NCBI GenBank assembly: GCA_963739545.1
Contig: CAVUAT010000011.1
Span: forward strand, 536,317-600,316
Direction: 5' to 3'
Origin: an uncultured Solirubrobacterales bacterium
Lineage (GTDB): Bacteria > Actinomycetota > Thermoleophilia > Solirubrobacterales > 70-9
DNA: 64,000 bases
Shown here: positions 55,142-64,000 of the stretch, piece by piece
Layout of the letters: each line of letters starts with the position of its first letter
How positions within the stretch are numbered: the stretch's first letter is position 1
Notes under the pieces: generated by a model
Databases searched by the model: none
What the model was told of the DNA's origin: nothing
Seen by the model: only the letters and a program-made list of their open reading frames with translations
Made by a program: the position numbers and the translations under genes

Positions 55142-55875
55142 GCCGCGGCGCGGAGCTGCACGTTCGCGTGATGCTCGAGGGTCTCGACGATCGCTCGGTC
55201 GGCCTGCGCTGCGATCCGGGCGTCGGCTGGCGGAGCCTCCGCGAGGGGTCGCGCCAGGGCGTCGACCATGAAGCGGTGGGTTTCCTCGTCGATCGCGAAG
55301 CCCTCGCCCTCGCAGCCCGCGCAGACGACTCCTCCGGCCGAGCCCGAGAACGAGGTGATGTGCTCGGCCTCGCCGCAGCGCGCGCAGCTCGCCAGCTCGG
55401 GCGAGAACCCCGCGGCGAGCGCCAGCTTCATCCGGTAGGCAAGCGCCGCCCCCGGCGCGCTCGAGGCCTTCGGATCGGCGTCGAGCAGGCCCAGGTAGTT
55501 GACGAGCAGGTTGTAGGCGGGCTTGTTCGCCTCGCCGGAGTCGAACAGGCGCAGCAGCGTGTCGCACGCTCGGCCCGCGGCCTGCAGCGCCGCCCCGTCG
55601 CTTCGCAGCCTCCCGTGGCCTTCGACCGTGGAGGCCCCGGTCACGGTCAGCAGGTCGCTGCGCCCCTCGTAGAGGACCATGTCGAGCCTGAAGAACGGCT
55701 CCAGCCGCCCGCCGAAGCGCGACTTCGGCCGCCGCGAGCCCTTCGCGATCGCACCGATCCTCCCCCGCGTCGCCGAGTACAGGTGCACGATCCGGTCGGC
55801 CTCGCCGTAGCGAATGCTCCGCAGCACCACCGCCTCCGTCTTGATCGAGCCCGGCATCCCCTCAACTTGCCCCAC
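55138..55875 (-). CDS. recO: DNA repair protein RecO
   Basis: Has TEAVVLRSIRYGEADRIVHLYS and the zinc motif CARCGE...CAGC. An alternative start is at 55857. Confidence 0.9.
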   Translation of the reverse strand: MGQVEGMPGSIKTEAVVLRSIRYGEADRIVHLYSATRGRIGAIAKGSRRPKSRFGGRLEPFFRLDMVLYEGRSDLLTVTGASTVEGHGRLRSDGAALQAAGRACDTLLRLFDSGEANKPAYNLLVNYLGLLDADPKASSAPGAALAYRMKLALAAGFSPELASCARCGEAEHITSFSGSAGGVVCAGCEGEGFAIDEETHRFMVDALARPLAEAPPADARIAAQADRAIVETLEHHANVQLRAAA

Positions 55876-56821
55876 GGTCCGGACGGCCCGAGCGGACCGC
55901 GTCGCGGATCGCCGCGGCGGTCGCCGTCGCGGCCGCCGCCCCGATCTGCATCGAGATGAACTCGCGGTGCTCGCCGGCTGTTCCAGAGGCCATGCAGAAC
56001 GCGACGTCGCCGTCGACCGGGGTGAACGTGGGATCGACGGCGCGGGCGATCCCCGCCGTGGCCGCGCGGGCGACCATGCCAGTCTCGCGCTTGTCGAGGG
56101 CGGCGTCGGTGCAGATGCAGACCAGGGTCGTGTTGCCCTCGGGGACGCGCAGGTCGGGGCCCTGCTCCATCGCCACCAGCAGGTCCGCGCCGCGCTTCAT
56201 CTCGCCGTCGTCGCCCCGCGGGCCGGCGATCACCGAGCCGTCGGCGGCGAGCACGTCGCCGGCCGCGTTCACGACCGCGATCGCGGAGACCGTCTCGCCC
56301 GCGCCGGTGTGGAGCGCGGCGTAACCGAGCCCTCCGCGCGAGGCGCGGTCGCGGCCCAGCATCTTCGCGACCGTGGCGCCGGTGCCCGCGCCGACGTGCC
56401 CGGCTTCGGGAACGCCGGGCGCCGCCGCCTCACAGGCCGCGTAGCCCTGCTCGGAGCCCGGCCGGGCCTCGGGGTCCCCGCTGGCCAGGTCGTAGACGAC
56501 CGCAGCCGGGACGATCGGCACCAGTCCGGCCGGCGTCGGGTGGCCTCGCTCGCGCTCCTCGAGCCAGCGCGCCACTCCGTCGGCGGCGGCCAGGCCGAAC
56601 GCGCTGCCGCCGGTCAGCAGGATTGCCGAGGCGCCGTCGGCGCGTGAGAGAGGGCTGAGGATGTCGGTCTCGCGCGTGCCGGGTCCGCCACCCGCGACGA
56701 ACACACCCGCGCTCCCCTCGTCGGGCGGCGGGATGACGACGGTGCAGCCGGTCAGGCCCTCGGGATCGCTCCAGTGGCCGACCGAGAAGCCCTCGGGCAG
56801 CGGCACCTGCGGCTCGCTCAC
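55862..56821 (-). CDS. P1/S58 (DmpA-type) family peptidase
   Basis: The GTG start overlaps the mutM stop. Has GFSVGHWSDPEGLTGCTVVI...GGGPGTRETD...LLTGGSAFGL. Confidence 0.75.
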   Translation of the reverse strand: MSEPQVPLPEGFSVGHWSDPEGLTGCTVVIPPPDEGSAGVFVAGGGPGTRETDILSPLSRADGASAILLTGGSAFGLAAADGVARWLEERERGHPTPAGLVPIVPAAVVYDLASGDPEARPGSEQGYAACEAAAPGVPEAGHVGAGTGATVAKMLGRDRASRGGLGYAALHTGAGETVSAIAVVNAAGDVLAADGSVIAGPRGDDGEMKRGADLLVAMEQGPDLRVPEGNTTLVCICTDAALDKRETGMVARAATAGIARAVDPTFTPVDGDVAFCMASGTAGEHREFISMQIGAAAATATAAAIRDAVRSGRPDRGAS

Positions 56822-57801
56822 CGCCCGGTCCCCGCGGCGGCGCGCTTTCGCTTTCGCCGCTTCGGGCGCTTTCGCAGCTTCACCTGGCAGTCGGGGCAGA
56901 AGTAGGTCGAGCGCCCGCCGACGACGATTCGCTCGATGGTCGGCACACCTTCCTCGCGCTCGTCCTGAGCGCTCGCACAGCGCGGGCACGGCAGGCCCTC
57001 GCGGGTGTGGACGAGGAACTCCTCCTGCATCGAGCCCCGCTCGCCGCGAGCGTCGCGGTAGTCGTCGATGCTGGCGCCGCCCTCGGCGAGCCCCGTCTCG
57101 AGCGCGTCGACGATCCCCTCGACCAGCGCTTCGAGATGCTCGTGGCGCATCGATCCGGCGGGCGAGAGCGGATGGAGCTCGGCGCGGTGCAGTGCCTCGT
57201 CGGCATAGATGTTGCCGATGCCGGCGACGCCGGTCTGCGTCAGCAGGAAAGACTTCAGCGGCGCCGACCGTCCCGCTGCGATCCGTCCTAGTGTCTCGGG
57301 CGTGAGGTCGGTCGACAAGGGCTCGATCCCGACCCTCGTCGTCAGGTAGTCCTCGAGCGCGTCGGATCCCTCCAGAAGCACGGCCGTGCCGAATCGCCGC
57401 ACGTCTGTGAACAGCATCTCGGTGCCGTCGTCGAGACCGATCCGCATCCGCAGGAAGCGCGGCTCGGTGGGCGACTCGTACAGGCGGGGCCCGCCGAGGC
57501 GCGAGTCGGTCTCCATCAGGTCGGCGAGCTCCCCGTCGCCTCCGAGAGAGCGCAGCAGCACGTTGCCTGTCATCCGCAGGTGCAGGGCGAGGACGCCGTC
57601 CCCCTCGAGGCGGATCAGCAGGTACTTGCCCCGGCGATCGACGCCTTCGATCTCACGCCCCTCGAGCCCGCGGGCGACTGGGCCCGGCGGCAACGGTCTC
57701 GTCAGGCGCTCGTCGAGGATCTCGGCCGATGCGATCCTGAGCCCGGTCACTGCTGGCGCAAGCTGGCGCCGGATCGTCTCGACCTCGGGCAGCTCCGGCA
57801 T
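56818..57801 (-). CDS. mutM: Formamidopyrimidine-DNA glycosylase with an extended zinc finger and a basic C-terminal tail
   Basis: Starts MPELPEVETIRRQL, with H2TH GIGNIYADEALHRA and the zinc finger CPRC...CPDCQ. The tail is KLRKRPKRRKRKR. Confidence 0.9.
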   Translation of the reverse strand: MPELPEVETIRRQLAPAVTGLRIASAEILDERLTRPLPPGPVARGLEGREIEGVDRRGKYLLIRLEGDGVLALHLRMTGNVLLRSLGGDGELADLMETDSRLGGPRLYESPTEPRFLRMRIGLDDGTEMLFTDVRRFGTAVLLEGSDALEDYLTTRVGIEPLSTDLTPETLGRIAAGRSAPLKSFLLTQTGVAGIGNIYADEALHRAELHPLSPAGSMRHEHLEALVEGIVDALETGLAEGGASIDDYRDARGERGSMQEEFLVHTREGLPCPRCASAQDEREEGVPTIERIVVGGRSTYFCPDCQVKLRKRPKRRKRKRAAAGTGR

Positions 57802-57811
57802 GAAGCGAAGA

Positions 57812-58786
57812 CTAGGCGCCGGTTGAAGCGAGCGCGCGTGGGTGCGCCTTGAAGTACGCCTCCTTCAGCTCCTCGCCCGAGAGGTGGGTGTAAAGCTGGG
57901 TGGTCGAGAGGTCGGCGTGGCCGAGCATCTCCTGGACCGAGCGCAGGTCGCAGCCGCCCGAGAGCAGGTGCGTTGCGAACGAGTGGCGCAGGGTGTGCGG
58001 GCTCATCCGGCCCTTGAGGCCGGCGCTCTCGGCGTGCCGCGAGACGATCTTGTAGAGCCCTTGCCGGGTCAGAGGCCCCCCGCGGAAGTTGAGGAAGAGC
58101 TTTTTCTCATCCCCCGTGCGCACCAGCGCCGGGCGGCCCGAGCGCAGGTAGATGCGGACGGCGGCCAGCGCCTTGTCGCCGACCGGCACGAGCCGCTCCT
58201 TCGAGCCCTTGCCCCGGGCGCGGAGCACCCCGTTCTCGACGTCGATGTCGCCGACCTCGAGCCCGATGGTCTCCGACGCCCGCAGGCCCGACGCGTACAT
58301 CAGCTCGAGCAGCGCGCGGTCGCGGGTCACCGTCTTGTCGTCCCCTCGGGGCTGTGCCAGGAGCTTCTGCACTTCGCTGTAGCTCAGTACCTCCGGCAGC
58401 TTCTTGCCCCGCCGCGGCGTCGGCAGCTTCGCCGCCGGGTCGTCGTTGATCAGATCCTCGCGGCGCAGGTGGCGGTAGAACGAGCGCAGGCATGCCGCCT
58501 TGCGGTGGATCGTCGCGGGCGAGCACGGCGGGGTCTCGTCGCCGTCGCCGCTCGCGAGCGCCGCGAGGAAGTCCGAGAGGTCCTGCCCGGTCGCCGTCTG
58601 GGCCTCGCGGTCGCGCTCGGCCAGGAAGGACCCGAGTTGGAGCAGGTCGGTGCGATACGCCGTGAGGGTGTTGCGAGACAGCCCGCGCTCAAACTCGAGG
58701 TGGGCGAGGAAGTCGAGCACGAGGGCCTCGAAGCGAGGCGAGGGCCGCGGCTTCGCGGGATCGACAGGAGGCGCCATGGTGGCCAT
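57812..58786 (-). CDS. xerD: Site-specific tyrosine recombinase XerD
   Basis: Has RNTLTAYRTDL, ASGLRASE, HTLRHSFATHLL and GHADLSTTQLYTH motifs. The synteny pyrG...NUDIX-xerD is typical of Actinomycetota. Confidence 0.85.
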   Translation of the reverse strand: MATMAPPVDPAKPRPSPRFEALVLDFLAHLEFERGLSRNTLTAYRTDLLQLGSFLAERDREAQTATGQDLSDFLAALASGDGDETPPCSPATIHRKAACLRSFYRHLRREDLINDDPAAKLPTPRRGKKLPEVLSYSEVQKLLAQPRGDDKTVTRDRALLELMYASGLRASETIGLEVGDIDVENGVLRARGKGSKERLVPVGDKALAAVRIYLRSGRPALVRTGDEKKLFLNFRGGPLTRQGLYKIVSRHAESAGLKGRMSPHTLRHSFATHLLSGGCDLRSVQEMLGHADLSTTQLYTHLSGEELKEAYFKAHPRALASTGA

Positions 58787-58843
58787 GCCTGCTGTGTTCG
58801 ACGCGGCGGACGCTCGTCCCTTCCCGGCGATGCGGGCGGCAGG

Positions 58844-59416
58844 TCAAGCGCGGCTGGCGAGGTGGTCGCGCAGCATGATCAGCCCGATGATGGACTTCGC
58901 GTCGGCGCAGACGTCGATCGTCGAATCCAGCTCCTCGAACGGTACGCGCACGACCTCGATGCGCTCGTCGTCCTCGGGCTCAGCGGGCACGTCGTAGAGC
59001 TCGGTCGCCATGAACAGGTGGACGCGCTCGTTCGCGAAGCCGGGGGACGTGTAGAAGCGCCGCAGCTCGCGCCAGTCGCCGGCGGACTTGCCGATCTCCT
59101 CGCCGAGCTCGCGCTGGGCGGCCTCGAGCGGGGACTCCCCCTCTTTGTCGAGCCTTCCAGCGGGGAGCTCGAGCAGCGCGGACTCCTCGACCGGCTCGCG
59201 CGGCTGGCGCACCATGTAGAAGACGCGCGCGTCGTAGGCGACGATCGCCACCGACCCGGGATGGATCACCACCTGGCGCACATCGGTGCCGCCGTCGGGG
59301 TAGCGGAAGCGGTCCATCCGCACCGAAACAATCGGACCCTTATGGATCAGCTTCCCACCCTCGCGCTCCAGCTTGTCACCTTCGCTGTGCTCTTGATCGC
59401 TCACGACAAGGCACAC
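58844..59416 (-). CDS. NUDIX hydrolase (ADP-ribose pyrophosphatase-like)
   Basis: The Nudix box is GRLDKEGESPLEAAQRELGEEIG. The start is uncertain. Confidence 0.8.
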   Translation of the reverse strand: MCLVVSDQEHSEGDKLEREGGKLIHKGPIVSVRMDRFRYPDGGTDVRQVVIHPGSVAIVAYDARVFYMVRQPREPVEESALLELPAGRLDKEGESPLEAAQRELGEEIGKSAGDWRELRRFYTSPGFANERVHLFMATELYDVPAEPEDDERIEVVRVPFEELDSTIDVCADAKSIIGLIMLRDHLASRA

Positions 59417-60478
59417 TTACAGGTCGGGCGCCGTGGGTGAGGGCCCCGGTCGGGCCCGGCGTGCCGCGGCCCCCAGGGCGTCGCCGGCCGCGAGCGCGGC
59501 GGCGAAGAAGAGCCCGTCTGAGTCCAGATCGCGCCCCATCGTCGTCGTCGGCAGCCCGCTCGCCGCGTAGTCGGAGAGCGCTGCCTCGCGGACCGAGACC
59601 TCGTGATCGCCGGCGGCGCAGAGCGCCTCGAGCTCCTCCCGCGAGCCCTCGGGCCACTCGGCTTCGTCGCCGGGCACCGCGACGGTGACCGGCGCCAGCA
59701 GCAGCTCGAGCACCGTCGCCGTGTGGTGGCTGACGCCGCGGTGGCGCGGGCGCTCGTCGCCAGACGAGAGCCGGGGCGCCACCATCGCCTCCAGCCCCAG
59801 CGCGAGCGCGGCGTGGGCCGTGTCGAGGGCAGCCATCCCGCCGTGACCGAGGGCGGAAGCCGAGCCGATGATGCCGGGGCCGGGGCCCGCGGCCACTGCG
59901 TCCCACCCGAGCGAGACGGATGCGTCGAGGGCGCCGGCGACGCTGATCGCCTCGCCTTCGCCACCGTAGGCGGCGCCCGCCGTCAGGTGGCCGCAGAGAA
60001 GTTCGCGCTCGCGCAGCTCGGCGACGTCCCGCGAGAGGGAGCCGGGAAGCGCGCCGCCCGGCGTCTGCACGTAGCCGAGCTTCAGCCCCGGCGCCGCGCG
60101 AGCCGCGGCCCAGGCCGCCGGCGCGAGCTGGCCGTGGAGAGAGAGGACGAGGACCGGAATCGCAGGTCCCGAGGCGGTCGCGCGCTCGCCGGGCTCAACC
60201 GGCTCGACGGGATGCTGGAGCGAGCTGTAGTTGAGCTTCATCACGTCCAGCCCTCGGCTCCCCTCGGAGTCGAGCCCGCGTGTGAGGTTGGCGTGCACGA
60301 TGTCGAATCCTCCCGAGCCGAGCGCGAGGTCGAGCGCCTCGACGTTGACGATCACCTCGTCGCCGACGCCCACCTTGCCGACCATCGACTCGTCGGCCCA
60401 GGCGCGGCGCTCGGCGCCGTCGACGCTGACGGTGAGCGGATCGGCAGAGACGACCGTCCCCCTACGCAGCTTCAGCAC
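59417..60478 (-). CDS. DUF3866-family protein
   Basis: 353 aa, starting MLKLRRGTVVSADPLTVSVDGAERRAWADESMVGKVGVGDEVIVNVEALDLALGSGGF. The family name is from memory. Confidence 0.5.
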   Translation of the reverse strand: MLKLRRGTVVSADPLTVSVDGAERRAWADESMVGKVGVGDEVIVNVEALDLALGSGGFDIVHANLTRGLDSEGSRGLDVMKLNYSSLQHPVEPVEPGERATASGPAIPVLVLSLHGQLAPAAWAAARAAPGLKLGYVQTPGGALPGSLSRDVAELRERELLCGHLTAGAAYGGEGEAISVAGALDASVSLGWDAVAAGPGPGIIGSASALGHGGMAALDTAHAALALGLEAMVAPRLSSGDERPRHRGVSHHTATVLELLLAPVTVAVPGDEAEWPEGSREELEALCAAGDHEVSVREAALSDYAASGLPTTTMGRDLDSDGLFFAAALAAGDALGAAARRARPGPSPTAPDL

Positions 60479-61589
60479 GCGCGGCCTCCTCGATCGCGGC
60501 CTCGAGAACGGCGAGCATCCGGGTCAGGGCCTCGGCGCTGACCGACTCCTGCGGCGTGTGGTTCGCCTCGGTCCCGTTGGCGAGCAGCACGCACTCGTAG
60601 CCCCCCGCGATCAGCGCGTTCGCGTCGCTGCCGCCGCCCGTCGCCACGTGGGTGGGCTCGACCCCGGCGCGCTTCAGTGCGCGGTTCGCCACTGCCACCG
60701 GCTCCGAATCGGGATCGGAGCGGTAGCCGCGGAACATCTCGATCACTTCGAGGTCGACGTCGCAGCCGTGCTCGCCGGCGGCCCAGGTGCAGGCGTCGAC
60801 CATCTCGCCGACCACCGCTGCCGCTCGGGGCCCATCGATGCTTCGGGCCTCTCCAAGGACGCGGCAGCGGCCCGCGACGACGTTCGACGCCGTCCCGCCC
60901 TCGATCACCCCGACGTTCGCCGTGGTCTCATCGTCGAGGCGGCCGAGCGACATGCCGGAAATCGCAGCGGCGGCCGCGGCGATGGCGCTGTGGCCGTCCT
61001 CGGGGTTGATGCCCGAATGCGCCTCGGAGCCCTCGAACTCGGCGATCAGCCGTTTATAGGTCGGTGCCGCGACGATCACCTCGCCGATCGGCGTCGCGTG
61101 GTCGATGACGTAGCCGTAGGGAGCTCGCAGCGCCGAGGTGTCGAGGGCCTCCGCTCCGCGCAGGCCGTCCTCCTCGGCGACGGTGAGCACGATCTCGAGA
61201 CCGACCGCAGCGGGATCGGACGCGTGGCGCGCCGCCAGCTCCATCAGCACCGCGACGGCTGCCTTGTTGTCTGCTCCGAGGATCGTGTCGCCGGCGCTGC
61301 GAAAAGTTCCGTTCTGCTCGACGACCTCGACCGCGCCTTCGTGCGGGACTGTGTCGAGGTGGCCGCAGAGCATCAGCCAGCGGTCCTCGCGGCCGGGGAC
61401 GCGGGCGACCAGGTTGCCGGCGCCCGCGCGGGCCGCCTCGGCCGAACCGTCCTCAGCGACCTCAACGCCGAGCTCGCGGAACTCGGCCAGCACCGCGTCG
61501 GCGACCGCGCGCTCTGACCCCGTGGGACTCGGGGTCTCGCACAGGCGCACGAAGCGGTCGAGCATGCGCCGTTCATCCGGGGAGGCCAT
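60462..61589 (-). CDS. M20-family metallopeptidase (PepT-like)
   Basis: The internal start MASPDERRMLDRFVRL lies in ORF 60462..61808. Has GHLDTVP, ILGADNKAAVA, AEEDGLRGA and GGGSDAN motifs. Confidence 0.8.
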   Translation of the reverse strand: MASPDERRMLDRFVRLCETPSPTGSERAVADAVLAEFRELGVEVAEDGSAEAARAGAGNLVARVPGREDRWLMLCGHLDTVPHEGAVEVVEQNGTFRSAGDTILGADNKAAVAVLMELAARHASDPAAVGLEIVLTVAEEDGLRGAEALDTSALRAPYGYVIDHATPIGEVIVAAPTYKRLIAEFEGSEAHSGINPEDGHSAIAAAAAAISGMSLGRLDDETTANVGVIEGGTASNVVAGRCRVLGEARSIDGPRAAAVVGEMVDACTWAAGEHGCDVDLEVIEMFRGYRSDPDSEPVAVANRALKRAGVEPTHVATGGGSDANALIAGGYECVLLANGTEANHTPQESVSAEALTRMLAVLEAAIEEAARAEAA

Positions 61590-61836
61590 CGCCGCAAGGC
61601 TAATGCGGGGCGGAGTGCGCGGGCCGCGAAGAGTCGGTGAACCTGCGTCCAGGTCCTTGCTCACGCGAGCTTCGCTGGGGTAGGTTCGGCTCGCCAACGA
61701 CCCAGGGAGAGCTACCGATGAACTTGAGCTCGGACAGACGGATGCGCGCAGGCCTCGGAAATCGCGCTCGGCTTCGCCGCCTTCGCAGTGGTCGCCCAGC
61801 CGGGTCAAGCTCTAGACGCAGCCCAGATCGGCGCGA

Positions 61837-64000
<2,164 letters not shown>

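Overview
This is a high-GC (about 68-70% by eye), Actinomycetota-like chromosomal window. All motif and repeat searches were done by eye, so copies may have been missed and no database comparison was possible.

Layout:
- Left third (0-23 kb): energy and stress genes. These include a quinol-type nitric-oxide reductase, a Pat-like GNAT/acyl-CoA synthetase, a five-gene group-3b-like [NiFe]-hydrogenase operon plus its maturation protease, universal stress proteins, a TreT-like glycosyltransferase and gap.
- Middle (24-42 kb): accessory DNA.
  - 24.1-28.1 kb holds a same-strand array of five NTF2/SnoaL-like paralogs. Their gene junctions (tail ...LEAAGLxE-stop, 3 nt, ATG-MSEENVE head) are almost identical at nucleotide level, although the gene bodies have diverged. 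Orphan heads and tails flank two unrelated inserted genes, and a perfect 76-bp direct repeat brackets the last copy.
  - 28.5-41.8 kb looks like a roughly 13-kb element integrated into tRNA-Met. It has a 43-nt direct repeat of the tRNA 3' part, the displaced tRNA terminator, and a decayed integrase beside the intact tRNA.
  - Inside this element, every promoter gap I checked carries an 18-nt palindromic box (consensus ATGGGGC-AAAC-GCCCCAT, seven copies). I saw none elsewhere in the window. The element also encodes a NarL/LuxR-type response regulator with its histidine kinase, an RsrA-like sigma/anti-sigma pair, Usp proteins, DoxX, a ferredoxin-reductase-like flavoprotein, a transaldolase and a heavily frameshifted orphan ctaD. 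I read this as a self-contained, DosR-like stress regulon carried on a mobile island. That is inference.
- Right third (42-64 kb): housekeeping genes. These include NlpC/P60 behind a ydaO-type c-di-AMP riboswitch, dnaG, dgt, ppdK, recO, mutM, xerD and pyrG.

Several genes and one tRNA carry single-base indels, mostly in G/C runs. Sequence quality therefore has to be checked before calling pseudogenes. I found no rRNA, CRISPR array or intact transposase.
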